From assembly GCA_963830915.1 (NCBI GenBank), contig CAWHOE010000059.1, positions 1 through 56,751 on the forward strand: a DNA stretch of 56,751 nucleotides, in the 5' to 3' direction. The translations under genes and the position numbers were made by a program. Source of the stretch: a candidate division FCPU426 bacterium (GTDB taxonomy: Bacteria > Oederibacteriota > Muellerivitia > Muellerivitales > Muellerivitaceae). The notes beneath the pieces are model-generated. The model was not told where the DNA came from and made no database searches. It was given only the letters and a program-made list of their open reading frames with translations. Shown piece by piece: positions 1 to 9,992 of the stretch (positions within the stretch are counted from its first letter, which is position 1; the number at the start of each line of letters is the position of its first letter).

Positions 1-1
1 G

Positions 2-268
2 AGGAAGCTTCCTTTCAAGAAAGGGGAGTTCGACCGAGTGACGGCCAATCTGGCCCTGACACGATTGAAGGAAAGAAATGACCTGCGAAAAGCCGTTGGT
101 GAAATGGCGCGGGTATTGAAAAAAGGCGGTCTTATCGTCCTGCAGGATTACCGAAGGATTCATCATATCGCCGAGGATATGAAGAGCGCCGGTTTGAAGA
201 ATATCCATGTCTCCGACCAAAAATGTTGGACCTTCCCGCCTTTAAGGATCGTCACGGCCCAAAAGTGA
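2..268 (+). CDS. Class I SAM-dependent methyltransferase, C-terminal part (5'-truncated by the window edge)
   Basis: Frame open from position 2: KLPFKKGEFDRVTANLAL...EMARVLKKGGLIVLQD, typical motif II/III region of Methyltransf_11-like enzymes. Confidence 0.8.
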   Translation, partial: RKLPFKKGEFDRVTANLALTRLKERNDLRKAVGEMARVLKKGGLIVLQDYRRIHHIAEDMKSAGLKNIHVSDQKCWTFPPLRIVTAQK

Positions 269-372
269 CGGATCGGTTAAAACCGGTCGTCCTGATCATC
301 GAAATGTTGATTTTCCAATCCTGGTAAAGAATAATCGCATTCAACGATTCTAACGCGGGATAAGGAGCGGTC

Positions 373-858
373 ATGACCAAAGAGGAAAGAGACTCGAAGA
401 TCGAGGAGTTCGGCGGGTTCGCCAAGGCCCTTCCGGAAGCCTTGAAGGAATTCCCCCGCTCCATGTGGCTTTACAAGCCGGACGCAGACCATTGGTGCGT
501 TCAAGAGATCATCTTCCACCTCCTGGACACCGAAATGAACCTTTATGTCCGGTACCGGGCCTGCGTGGCCGAGCCGGGGAAAACCGTGATGCCTTTTAAT
601 CAGGACCTCTGGGCCATGGAATTGCGATACAAGGACAGGGATGTGGACCAGGCGATCCAGGGTCTGATTTGGGTTATCCAAGCGAACTATGACCTATTGA
701 GGTCCCTGCCGGAGGATGACTTCAAAAAAACCGTGACCCATCCGGAAAGAGGGGTCCAGGTCCTGGATAACCTTTTGGAGATCTATTTCAAGCATATCCC
801 CCATCACATCGGCCAAATGCGCAAGCGTTTGGATGAGTGGAAGAAACTCCATCCCTAG
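373..858 (+). CDS. DinB/YfiT-family protein
   Basis: WCVQEIIFHLLDTE and HIPHHIGQM His motifs; AAGGAG RBS. Confidence 0.85.
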   Translation: MTKEERDSKIEEFGGFAKALPEALKEFPRSMWLYKPDADHWCVQEIIFHLLDTEMNLYVRYRACVAEPGKTVMPFNQDLWAMELRYKDRDVDQAIQGLIWVIQANYDLLRSLPEDDFKKTVTHPERGVQVLDNLLEIYFKHIPHHIGQMRKRLDEWKKLHP

Positions 859-977
859 AATCCACGCGGTATATAATAAAGCGCTGTCAAATGACCAAGC
901 GCTATCACCGTGGATTTACCCATCAAACACGAGGACGTTTCTCTGTTTGGTTCCGGTTTGTCCGGGTTAGGAAATGG

Positions 978-1454
978 ATGAAAATACTTCATGTATTGAG
1001 CGGGGACTTCGTGACGGGCGCCGAAACCTCCACTCTGGCCTTGATCCAAGCCCAGGTTCAGGCGGGACACCAGGTTTTCGTGGCAGCCGGCAGGTTCGAT
1101 CATCCAGTCCAGGCTCAGGTCACATCCCTTCCCATCTATAACCGGGGGTTCTTCGCCCGGATCTATAATATTTTAGCCCTTCGAAAACTCATTTCCCGGC
1201 AAGCCATCGATATCGTCCACGCTCATTCCCGGGCGGCAAGCTGGGTTTGTTACTGGGCCTGTCTCTTGACCCGAACACCGTATCTATCCACCCTGCACGG
1301 CCGTCAGCATCTGCACTTATCCAACAAGTATTTCAACGTGTATGGTCCTCTTTGCGTCACCATGTGCGAGAACATCCGCGAACAAATGTTGAAGAAAACC
1401 CATTCTTTCCAACCGGAGCGATTGATTGTCATCCGAAACGGCATCCACCTCTAA
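978..1454 (+). CDS. Glycosyltransferase family 4, N-terminal Rossmann domain only
   Basis: MKILHVLS..TGAE, DIVHAHSRA, STLHG, ends IRNGIHL*; start moved to ATG 978. Confidence 0.8.
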   Translation: MKILHVLSGDFVTGAETSTLALIQAQVQAGHQVFVAAGRFDHPVQAQVTSLPIYNRGFFARIYNILALRKLISRQAIDIVHAHSRAASWVCYWACLLTRTPYLSTLHGRQHLHLSNKYFNVYGPLCVTMCENIREQMLKKTHSFQPERLIVIRNGIHL

Positions 1455-2769
1455 TCCCCTGGTCCTTATCGTGGGACGTTTGAGCGGTCCCAAGAACGAG
1501 GTGATCCTGCGGATCCTTCGGGAAGTCGCGCCTCGGGTGACCGAACAGGTCCCGGGCGTGAAATTCCTTGTGCTTGGCGGGCCTGTCACCGAGGTCCATC
1601 GACAGATGGAATCGGCCCAAACCAATGTCAGTTTCGAGGGCCACCAACCGGACTTGAAACCCTATTACGAGAAAGCCTCGGTGGTCGTGGGAGCGGGCCG
1701 AGTAGCCCTGGAAGCCATGGCCCTCCATCGCCCCGTGGTGGCCATCGGGGAGCGGAAATATATCGGTCCCCTGCTCGATGACCGTTTTGCCGAGGCCAAA
1801 GCCACCAATTTCGGGGATTGTTCCGAGGACACGGAATTCGATCTGGAAAGGATGACGAAGGACCTGACCGCTTTGCTCCAAGATCCCCGTCTGCGGGTGG
1901 AAACGGCCCAATCCGGGTTCAAGCTTTTGAGCGATGAATACAACATGACCACGATCTATCCAAAGGTCGAGCGGATCTACCAAGAAGTCATCCTACGCAA
2001 GAACCTATCCTCTGTCGGGGAATTACCCGTCTTGATGTACCACCGGGTGGTGGACGGGGAGCCAGCCTCCTCCAAGTACAACATCCATATCACCGGGGAA
2101 AACCTGGAAAAGCACCTGCTTTTCCTGAAGGTCCGGAAGTTCACGACCATTACTTTTTCCGACATCCTGAAAAAGCGGCTTCCCAAAAAACCGGTCATTC
2201 TCACCTTCGACGACGGTTACGAGGATAATTACCATCATCTCCTGCCGCTCCTGAGAAAATACGACATGAAAGCGGTCGTCTATCTAGTGGGGGACCGGAA
2301 GAACAACAACCATTGGGACATGCGCAACGGGGAACCCGAGGTTCCCTTGATGAGCGACGAGCAGATCAAAGCGATGGCCGCCAGCGGCCTGGTCGAGTTC
2401 GGAGCCCATTCCATGAGCCATTCCCGATTGGTGGACCTTCCCTTGGTGGAGATCGAACGAGAGATACAAGAAAGCAAGAAAGCCATCGAGGCGCTGGTGG
2501 GTAAACCCGCGGTTTCTTTCGCCTATCCCTACGGAAACCTGAACGAGGAGGTCAAAAGGGTCACCGCCGAGGCGGGATTCAGGTTCGGGATAGCGGTCAA
2601 TGACGGACCCTGGCGGTTCGGGGGTGATCCCATGGCCATCCGGCGGGTCCATATCTTTCCCACGACCGGGGTTTTCGACCTTTTCAAGAAAACCAGCGGC
2701 TTCTATTTCCGCTACCGACTGCCTTTGCAGAGGCTGAAGGACCTGTTGAGGGGGCGCCATGGCCGTTAA
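1426..2769 (+). CDS. GT4 C-terminal domain fused to polysaccharide deacetylase (NodB/CE4)
   Basis: IVGRLSGPK and GRVALEAMA GT-B C-domain motifs; LMYHRV, LTFDDGY, GAHSMSH, FAYPYG CE4 motifs; TTG start with GGAG upstream. Confidence 0.85.
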   Translation: MSSETASTSNPLVLIVGRLSGPKNEVILRILREVAPRVTEQVPGVKFLVLGGPVTEVHRQMESAQTNVSFEGHQPDLKPYYEKASVVVGAGRVALEAMALHRPVVAIGERKYIGPLLDDRFAEAKATNFGDCSEDTEFDLERMTKDLTALLQDPRLRVETAQSGFKLLSDEYNMTTIYPKVERIYQEVILRKNLSSVGELPVLMYHRVVDGEPASSKYNIHITGENLEKHLLFLKVRKFTTITFSDILKKRLPKKPVILTFDDGYEDNYHHLLPLLRKYDMKAVVYLVGDRKNNNHWDMRNGEPEVPLMSDEQIKAMAASGLVEFGAHSMSHSRLVDLPLVEIEREIQESKKAIEALVGKPAVSFAYPYGNLNEEVKRVTAEAGFRFGIAVNDGPWRFGGDPMAIRRVHIFPTTGVFDLFKKTSGFYFRYRLPLQRLKDLLRGRHGR

Positions 2770-3550
2770 AGCCACCTCCCTTTCCATCGTCATCATCACC
2801 TTGAATGAGGAAGCCCATATCGGGAAATGCCTCAAGAGCCTCACCTTCACCAAAAAGATTTTCCAGAAGCAGGAAATCATCGTTGTGGACGCCCAAAGCC
2901 GGGATCGGACGGCGCTCATCGCCAGGAAGCTCGGGGCGAAGGTCTATCGTCGGGCCTGGAAAGGTTTTTCAGACCAGAAGAACTGGGCCCTGTCCCAGGC
3001 CAAGGGAGAATGGATATTATCCTTGGACGCTGACGAGGAATTGACGAGCGAATTGGTCCATGAGATCGAACGCAGGATCATCACCGTTCCCCCCAACGTG
3101 GACGGTTTTTGGATCAAACGGAAAGCTTTTTTCCTGGGGAAATGGATCAGGCATTGCGGTTGGTGGCCTGACGCCCAGCTTCGCCTGATCCGGCGGGGGA
3201 GGGGCGCTTTTACCAACGAGCCCGTGCACGAGGGCCTGGAAGTGAAAGGGGAAACCCTCGCCTTGGACCACCCCATGAACCATTACACCTACGATTCCAT
3301 CCGTCAGTACCTGGAGAAGATGGACCTTTACTCGGACCTAACCCTGTTGGACATCCGGGCCAAGAAGGTCAAGTACTGGTGGTATTACCTGACCCTGGCC
3401 CCCGTCCTGACCTTCGTGAGGTCCTATTTCTCCCGCTTGGGTCTACTGGACGGCTGGCATGGGCTGATGGTCAGCGGCCTCTCGGCTTTCCACGACTTCT
3501 GCAAGTACGCCAAGCTTTGGGAGAAGGAGGTCTTGAGGCGGAATGGCTAA
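2759..3550 (+). CDS. Glycosyltransferase family 2 (WaaE/KdtX-like)
   Basis: IITLNEE, LSLDADE, VHEG, DGWHG, KYAKLWE. Confidence 0.9.
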   Translation: MAVKATSLSIVIITLNEEAHIGKCLKSLTFTKKIFQKQEIIVVDAQSRDRTALIARKLGAKVYRRAWKGFSDQKNWALSQAKGEWILSLDADEELTSELVHEIERRIITVPPNVDGFWIKRKAFFLGKWIRHCGWWPDAQLRLIRRGRGAFTNEPVHEGLEVKGETLALDHPMNHYTYDSIRQYLEKMDLYSDLTLLDIRAKKVKYWWYYLTLAPVLTFVRSYFSRLGLLDGWHGLMVSGLSAFHDFCKYAKLWEKEVLRRNG

Positions 3551-4337
3551 AAAGATCCCTTCGTCCCTATCCGTGGTCCTCATCACCCTCAACGAGGAAA
3601 AGAACATTCCCCGTTGTCTGGGGAGCCTGGCGCCCTTACGGAAAATTTTCCCGAACCTGGAGATATTGGTGGGGGATTCCCACAGCCAGGACCGCACGGC
3701 TTCCCTGGCCAGGTCCTTCGGGGCCAAGGTGATCGTCCGCCCATGGGAAGGTTACGCCAAACAAAAGAACGATCTGATCGCCCTGGCGAAGGGGGATTGG
3801 GTCCTTTCCATCGACGCGGACGAGGAACTGACCCCGGCTTTGGTCCAGGAGATGGAACGGATGATGAGGGTCGCCCCGCCCGAGGTGGAGGGGTTCCTCC
3901 TCAAACGCAAGGCTTTCTTCCTGGGGAAGTGGATCAAGCATTGCGGTTGGTGGCCCGACTCCCAATTGCGGTTGGTCCGCCGAGGCAAGGGGTCCTTCAC
4001 CCTGACGCCGGTGCATGAGGGGATGGAGGTGAGGGGCGGGGTATTGGAACTGGAAGAACCCATGAACCACTACACTTACGATTCCATTCAGCAGTATTTG
4101 AAGAAGCTGAACCGCTATTCGGACCTTTCCCTGCTGAAAATTAAACCCAAGAAGATCAAGCTTTGGCCCTTCTATTTGGTCCTCTCCCCCTGGATCACCT
4201 TTTTCAGGATGTTCGTCGCCAAATGGGGTTTCCTGGACGGATGGCATGGTTTCGTGGTCTGCGCCCTTTCGGCTTATCATGATTTTTGCAAATACGCCAA
4301 ACTTTGGGAGAAAGAGGTCTTGAAACGGAATCCCTGA
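3543..4337 (+). CDS. Glycosyltransferase family 2 (WaaE/KdtX-like), tandem paralog
   Basis: Same motifs (LITLNEE, SIDADE, HCGWWPD, KYAKLWEKEVL); clearly similar to the preceding gene. Confidence 0.9.
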   Translation: MAKKIPSSLSVVLITLNEEKNIPRCLGSLAPLRKIFPNLEILVGDSHSQDRTASLARSFGAKVIVRPWEGYAKQKNDLIALAKGDWVLSIDADEELTPALVQEMERMMRVAPPEVEGFLLKRKAFFLGKWIKHCGWWPDSQLRLVRRGKGSFTLTPVHEGMEVRGGVLELEEPMNHYTYDSIQQYLKKLNRYSDLSLLKIKPKKIKLWPFYLVLSPWITFFRMFVAKWGFLDGWHGFVVCALSAYHDFCKYAKLWEKEVLKRNP

Positions 4338-4353
4338 TGAACTGAAAATATTC

Positions 4354-4380
4354 ACCACCAAGGCACCAAGGGCACCAAGA
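4354..4380 (+). repeat. Short CACCAAG-type direct-repeat motif, related copy at 28322-28349
   Basis: ACCACCAAGGCACCAAGGGCACCAAGA versus ACCACCAAGTTCACCAAGGGCACCAAGA. Confidence 0.7.
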
Positions 4381-4455
4381 AAATATTTATTTGCATGTCT
4401 ATCCGCAAAACGCACCTTGATCTAGACTTTCGTCAATTTGTTGGTCGCACCGTCT

Positions 4456-4550
4456 CCCCCTCTGAAAGAGGGGGAACTAGGGGGAGTTAGTATTTCCGGT
4501 CTATTTCGGCAACGACTAATACCCCCCTGCCCCCCTTTTTCAAAGGGGGG
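4456..4550 (+). repeat. REP-doublet (REPIN-like) element, copy 1
   Basis: CCCCCTCTGAAAGAGGGGG hairpin, GGGGGAGTTAG, spacer, CTAATACCCCCC, CCCCCCTTTTTCAAAGGGGGG hairpin. Confidence 0.85.
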
Positions 4551-4624
4551 AACCACCATTCGTAAGATGTGCTTTGCGGATAGGTATCTAATTTTGATTC
4601 TTGTCTAACTTAGGGGGAGAAAAA

Positions 4625-4936
4625 ATGAAAGACATCGTCCAGATCGAGATCGACAAAGCGAAAGAGTTATTGAGCCAGAACGCCACTTTCGTGGACGTTA
4701 GGGATCCCAGGTCTTATGAGGCGGCCCATATCCCCGGAGCCTCCCGTCTGAGCGACGAGAATCTTGAGGAATTCATCGAGAAGAGCGATAAGAAAAAACC
4801 GGTGGTCGTCTATTGTTACCGAGGCAACGCCAGCCAGGGCGGAGCGGCTTACCTAATGGAGCAAGGGTTCGAGGAGGTCTATAGCCTCATCGGGGGATTC
4901 GAGGGGTGGAAAATGAAAGAAAAGATAGAATCCTAA
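4625..4936 (+). CDS. glpE: Single-domain rhodanese / thiosulfate sulfurtransferase (GlpE-like)
   Basis: VDVRDP..Y..AHIPGA, VYCYRGNASQ active-site loop, LIGGFEGW. Confidence 0.75.
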   Translation: MKDIVQIEIDKAKELLSQNATFVDVRDPRSYEAAHIPGASRLSDENLEEFIEKSDKKKPVVVYCYRGNASQGGAAYLMEQGFEEVYSLIGGFEGWKMKEKIES

Positions 4937-4958
4937 AATCCTTGAAAGAAGAGAGCTC

Positions 4959-5426
4959 ATGCCTAAAAAATATTGGCTCATGAAGGCCGAGCCGGATGTT
5001 TATCCCGTCGAGCAATGGAAAAAGGACAAGGTCACCTACTGGGACGGGGTACGCAACTATACCGCCCGAAATTTCATGCGGGACCAGATGAAAAAGGGCG
5101 ATGGGATGTTGTTCTACTATTCGGGGGGCAAACCCAGCGGTATCGTGGGGGTGGGGGAGATCGTGAAGGAAGGCTATCCGGACTTCACGGCATTCGACCC
5201 CAAGGATGTTCACTTCGACCCTAAGAGCGATCCGACGAAGCCGACCTGGTACATGGTGGACGTGAAATTCTCGAAGGCGCTGAGGCATATCCTCCCGCTT
5301 GAATTCCTGAAGAAGGTCCACGGCCTCCAGAATATGGCCCTCTTCAAGCAATCCCGACTCTCGGTCCAGCCGGTCACGGCCCAAGAATGGGCGATCATCC
5401 AGGACCTCATCCGGGGCCAAGAATAA
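4959..5426 (+). CDS. EVE domain protein
   Basis: YWLMKAEP, WDGVRNYTARN, FDPKS, RLSVQPV. Confidence 0.92.
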   Translation: MPKKYWLMKAEPDVYPVEQWKKDKVTYWDGVRNYTARNFMRDQMKKGDGMLFYYSGGKPSGIVGVGEIVKEGYPDFTAFDPKDVHFDPKSDPTKPTWYMVDVKFSKALRHILPLEFLKKVHGLQNMALFKQSRLSVQPVTAQEWAIIQDLIRGQE

Positions 5427-5467
5427 ATTGAGCGACCAACCGCTACCTTGTTAAAATACTTTCCACT

Positions 5468-6464
5468 ATGAGCCAGCCTATCAAGTCATTCGTTTATCTG
5501 ATGTTGGTCACCCTGACGGCATTGCCGGTCATGGCCGATCCGCCTTCATTCCTAAGTTTCCAGGGAGAACATTCCCCTGAATGGCGGGATCTCCCGCTTT
5601 GAGCATCAAGCCATCGATCCCTCCAACCATTTGCTCTATATATCCCACACGGGAGCGGGCCAGATCATCATCCTCAACACCGAACATAAACAGATCATCA
5701 ATACCATATCAGGGTTGCCGGGGGTCAGCGGCTTGTTGGTACTGCCGGATATCCACCGTCTTTACGCCTGCGAGATCCGCCTGCACCAGGTGGCGGTGAT
5801 CGACACCAATTCCCAGAAGGTCATCGCCCATATCCCGGCGGGACACCAGCCGGACGGGATGGCCTATGTTCCCGAGCTCCACCAGCTTTACGTCACCGAC
5901 GAGACGGGCGGGGAAGAAACGGTCATCGACGTTTTGAAGAACAAGAAACTGGGAAGCATCGTGTTGGATGGCGTGGCGGGGGATACCCGTTACGACAATG
6001 TGGCCCATTGGATATGGACGGTCGTCTCGTCCAAGAACGAGTTGGTTTCCATCGATCCCCAGACCCGAAAGGTCCTGAAACGTTACGCCATCAAGGCGGG
6101 AAAGAATCCCCATGGTCTTTGGATCGAGGCGGATTCACGGCTGGCTTTCATCGCTTGCGACAAGGATAACAAGCTGGTGGTGATGGACCTGAAAACCTTC
6201 CAGGAAACGGGGATTTCCGACCTGGGCAAGGACCCGGATGTGATCGCATTCGACCAACAGTTAGGCTACCTATATGCGGCTTCCGAATCAGGAACGCTGT
6301 CAGCTTTCCGAATCCGGGACCGAAAGGTCGAGAAACTGGGCGACGCCATGATCGGTAACGAGGCCCATTCGGTCGAAGTAAATCCCCTGACCCACGAGGT
6401 CTATTTCCCCCTGCGCCAGGTGGGCAAGATCCCCGTTTTGCGCGTCATGAAACCCTCGAACTAA
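5468..6464 (+). CDS. YncE-family secreted beta-propeller protein (apparent frameshift near 5563)
   Basis: ATG 5468 encodes a signal peptide (MSQPIKSFVYLMLVTLTALPVMA); removing one G from CAGGGAGAAC joins it to NIPLNGGISRFEHQAIDP and the YVTN-like repeats of ORF 5631-6464. Confidence 0.75.
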
Positions 6465-7063
6465 AACCCCGAAACATAAGGAAGCCGTTTCGCCACCTCG
6501 GCGGTCTTGCCGGCGTTCGCCAGAAGCAGGCTCGTCGAGTCCCAAGTCCCGTTGATGAGGGCGTTTCGCTTGCTCTCGTGGATGTCGAATTTCATCAATT
6601 CTTTCCCCTCGCAAAAGATCGCCTTCTTATCCAGGTCCACCACAAATTGGGTCTTGGGGTTGCCCTTGACCTTGCCCTGGAGCTCATGGGCCTGTTCCTT
6701 GGAAACGGTGCAGGTGGGGATCCCCAGCATGGTGCAATTGCCCGCGAAGATCTCGGCGAAGGATTCCCCCACGATCGCCTGGATGCCCCAGCGCATGAGG
6801 GACTGGGGGGCGTGCTCCCGCGAGGAACCGCACCCGAAATTCTGGTTCACGAAAAGGATATGGGCGCCCTGGTACTGGGGCATGTCGAAGGAATGCCCCT
6901 TGGGTTTGCCCGCGGAGTCGAAACGCTCGTCATAAAAAGGGTATTTGCCCATGTTGGTGAAGGTGATCTCCTTCAGGTAGCGGGCCGGGATGATGCGGTC
7001 CGTGTCGATATCGTTACCCTCGACGGGTACCGCCCTGCCCTCGATATGGTTGATCTTGCTCAT
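6461..7063 (-). CDS. leuD: 3-isopropylmalate dehydratase small subunit
   Basis: [32 protein letters not shown]. Confidence 0.97.
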   Translation of the reverse strand: MSKINHIEGRAVPVEGNDIDTDRIIPARYLKEITFTNMGKYPFYDERFDSAGKPKGHSFDMPQYQGAHILFVNQNFGCGSSREHAPQSLMRWGIQAIVGESFAEIFAGNCTMLGIPTCTVSKEQAHELQGKVKGNPKTQFVVDLDKKAIFCEGKELMKFDIHESKRNALINGTWDSTSLLLANAGKTAEVAKRLPYVSGF

Positions 7064-8466
7064 TTCAGCGCCTCCCTGACATCGGTTATTTTCCCTTCGA
7101 TCGCGGCGGCGGCCACCATGGCCGGGCTCATCAGCATGGTGCGTCCGTCCTTGCTTCCCTGACGCCCGATGAAATTACGGTTGGACGAGGAAGCGGATAT
7201 CTCGCTGCCCTTCAGTTTGTCCGGGTTCATGGCCAGGCACATGGAGCAGCCAGCCTGACGCCACTCGAAACCAGCCTCCTGGAAGACCTTGTCCAAGCCC
7301 TCTTTCTCGGCCTGGATCTTGACCGCCTGTGAGCCGGGTACCACGAAAGCCTTCACGGTCTTGGAGACCTTTCGGCCCTTGGCCACCTTGGCCGCCTCGC
7401 GAAGGTCGGAGATGCGCCCGTTGGTGCAGCTGCCGATGAAGGCCACGTCGATCTTGGTGCCCTTGATGGGGGCGCCTGGCTTCAAGTCCATATGCTTATA
7501 GGCCAGCTCGTAGGATTTACGCTCGTCCTCGTGGGCCTTGGCCGGATCGGGCAGGCTGTCATTGACGCCCACCGATTGGTCGGGGGTGATGCCCCAGGTC
7601 ACGATGGGTTCGATGTCCGCCCCGTTGAAATTGACCACGTCGTCGTATTGGGCGTCCTTGTCGGAGGCGACGGATTTCCAGTAGGCCAGGGCCTTTTCCC
7701 ACTTGTCGGCGGCCGGCGCGTATGGACGGCCCTTCAGGTAATCGAAGGTGGTCTGGTCGGGGTTGACATAGCCCACCCTGGCCCCGCCCTCGATGGCCAT
7801 ATTGCAGACCGTCATGCGCTCTTCCATGGTCATGGCGTCGAACACGTCCCCGCCGTACTCGTAGGCGTAGCCGATGCCTCCTTTGACCCCCAGCTTCTGG
7901 ATGATATAGAGGGTCACGTCCTTGGCGGTGACGCCGGGCTTCAATTTGCCGTTCACATTCACCCGGCGCACCTTCAGCGCGTCCATGGCCAGGCACTGGG
8001 TGGCCAGGACATCGCGCACCTGGGTGGTGCCGATGCCGAAAGCCAGGGTGCCGAAGGCCCCATGGGTCGACGTGTGGGAATCGCCGCAGGCGATGGTCAT
8101 GCCGGGCTGGGTCAGGCCCATCTCGGGGCCGATGATATGCACGATGCCCTGGTTGCCCGACTCGAAATTGAAGAAGGTGACGCCGAAGCGCGAGACGTTC
8201 TTCTCGATGGCCCCCATCATCTGCTCGGCCTCGTTGTCCTGAAAGGGACGGGCCTGGCTTTTGGTCGGGACGATATGGTCCACGGTGGCGAAGGTCCTCT
8301 GGGGATAGGCTACCTTCAACCCCTTTTCCGCCAGCATGTCGAAGGCCTGGGGGCTGGTGACCTCGTGGATCAGGTGAAGCCCGATGAACAGCTGGTTCTG
8401 TCCGGTGGGCAGTTTATCGACGGTGTGAGAATCCCAGACTTTGTTGTAGAGAGTTCCTTTGGCCAT
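7060..8466 (-). CDS. leuC: 3-isopropylmalate dehydratase large subunit
   Basis: [48 protein letters not shown]. Confidence 0.98.
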   Translation of the reverse strand: MAKGTLYNKVWDSHTVDKLPTGQNQLFIGLHLIHEVTSPQAFDMLAEKGLKVAYPQRTFATVDHIVPTKSQARPFQDNEAEQMMGAIEKNVSRFGVTFFNFESGNQGIVHIIGPEMGLTQPGMTIACGDSHTSTHGAFGTLAFGIGTTQVRDVLATQCLAMDALKVRRVNVNGKLKPGVTAKDVTLYIIQKLGVKGGIGYAYEYGGDVFDAMTMEERMTVCNMAIEGGARVGYVNPDQTTFDYLKGRPYAPAADKWEKALAYWKSVASDKDAQYDDVVNFNGADIEPIVTWGITPDQSVGVNDSLPDPAKAHEDERKSYELAYKHMDLKPGAPIKGTKIDVAFIGSCTNGRISDLREAAKVAKGRKVSKTVKAFVVPGSQAVKIQAEKEGLDKVFQEAGFEWRQAGCSMCLAMNPDKLKGSEISASSSNRNFIGRQGSKDGRTMLMSPAMVAAAAIEGKITDVREALK

Positions 8467-8545
8467 ATAAACCTCGCTTAGTTGAAGTACGGCAAGGATA
8501 GGCCCGGAGGAGATATTTGTAAAAGATATAGTTTCTATATTAATA

Positions 8546-8560
8546 ATAGTTTATAACTAT
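8546..8560. promoter_or_regulatory. Candidate LysR-type operator (ATAG-N7-CTAT; T-N11-A) in the leuC/lysR divergent region
   Basis: ATAGTTTATAACTAT directly upstream of the LysR start; a second palindrome ATATAGTTTCTATAT at 8526-8540. Confidence 0.6.
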
Positions 8561-8563
8561 GAC

Positions 8564-9440
8564 ATGGAAACCCATCAACTGCGTTATTTCCTGGCCGTCG
8601 CCCAGACCGGCCGGTTCACCGGCCGCGGCCAAGGCCTGCAATGTTTCCCAGCCTTCCTTGAGCATCCAGATCGCCAAGTTGGAGGATGAGCTGGGCGGAC
8701 CCCTTTTCGAGCGGACCCGAAGGGGAGGGAACCTCACGGCCCGGGGGGAAACCTTCCTACCCAGGGCCAAGGCCATTCTGGAACAGATGGAATCGGCCAG
8801 GGAGGACGCCAAGGCGCTGTCCGGCCTATCCATGGGAAAGGTCGGGCTGGGGTGCATGCCCACGACCGGCGCCCATTTGCTTCCCCCCATCCTGACAGCG
8901 TTCCGAAAAGCCTGTCCGAAGATACAGGTGCATTTGAAGGAAGAATCCTCCCCCGACCTGGCGAGGGACCTGGAGCAGGGAGAGATCGAACTGGGGATCA
9001 TGGACGAGGCGGGGATAAGGCCCGGGTTGGACCACCAAACCATCCTGACCGAGGAACTATTACTGGCCCTTCCGTCCAAACACCCACTGGCGGGGAAGGG
9101 TCCTTTGAACCTCAAGCAAGCGGCGGAAGAACCTTTCATCCTGATGAAAGCGGGCCATGGTTTCCGGCAGATCACGTTGGATTTTTACAGGAAAGCCGGG
9201 TTGGAACCCAAGGTAGTTTTCGAGAGCGGAGCCATCGAGACGGTGCAGGCATTGGTGGCGGCGGGACTGGGGATCAGCTTGGTGCCCCAGATGGTGGCCA
9301 AATTCCCCGGGGTTGCTTATGCCCGGGTTTCCCACCCCAAGGCCATCCGGACTTTGTCGTTGGCCTGGAGGAGGAAGGCGCCTCTCTCGCCAGCGGCTGA
9401 GGCCCTTAAGAAGGTCATCTGCTCCACGTTGAAAGATTAA
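8564..9440 (+). CDS. LysR-family transcriptional regulator (apparent frameshift near 8621)
   Basis: ATG 8564 gives METHQLRYFLAVAQTGRFT; one extra G separates it from AAAKACNVSQPSLSIQIAKLEDELG; LysR substrate domain follows. Confidence 0.88.
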
Positions 9441-9541
9441 TTAAACGAGAGCCTTTTTCCAGAATTTGCAGATAGTGGCCGGGAAACACCAAGAGTTGGC
9501 TAAGCGCGACCAATAACGCTAGTAAGGCGAATCGCTTTTCT

Positions 9542-9666
9542 CCCCCTCTGAAAGAGGGGGTAGGGGGAAGTTAGTTTTTTTCGTGGTTTTTCAGTTGATG
9601 AATATTTCCTGAAGATAGATTTCAAAAAGGCTAATACCCCCCTCGCCCCCCTTTTTCAAAGGGGGG
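9542..9666 (+). repeat. REP-doublet (REPIN-like) element, copy 2 (longer spacer)
   Basis: Same two hairpins and GGGGG..TTAG / CTAATACCCCCC inner arms as copy 1. Confidence 0.85.
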
Positions 9667-9771
9667 TGTCATTTTTCTTGGCGATAGGGTTTATCTGCAA
9701 ATTCGTGAAAGAGCCAAACGAGATATCTTGCGTTCTTGAACGCTTCTTATAAACCTGATATTTTTATTTTT

Positions 9772-9954
9772 ATGACCGCGAAACAAAAAGTGATGAGAGC
9801 TATTCAGACCCTGCCGGCGAACGCTTCTATTGAAGACGCCATGGAACGATTGTTTTTCCTTTTGAAAATGGAACGGGGACTTCAGCAAGCCGATTTAGGT
9901 CAGACCATACCCCATTCCAAAGTTAAGGAAAAAATGGCGAAATGGTTGAAATAA
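9772..9954 (+). CDS. Putative type II antitoxin (small, RelE/ParE-partner type)
   Basis: MTAKQKVMRAIQTLPANASIEDAMERL..ERGLQQAD.G.TIPH..VK....W pattern; overlapped by the toxin-like start MVEIR. Confidence 0.65.
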   Translation: MTAKQKVMRAIQTLPANASIEDAMERLFFLLKMERGLQQADLGQTIPHSKVKEKMAKWLK

Positions 9955-9975
9955 GGTGAACACCAAGCCTTTGGT
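9942..9975 (+). pseudogene. Remnant of a RelE/ParE-like toxin 5' end
   Basis: ATG GTT GAA ATA AGG TGA ACA CCA = MVEIR*TP, resembling MVxIxWT starts with TGG>TGA; overlaps the antitoxin stop. Confidence 0.45.
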
Positions 9976-9992
9976 CGAAATGAAGTAACCAG

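Noticed and set aside
7492..8481. Long antisense or alternate-frame ORFs (e.g. 7492-8481, 33846-34865, 54504-55709)
   Set aside because: Shadows of real genes in GC-rich coding DNA with no recognisable motifs
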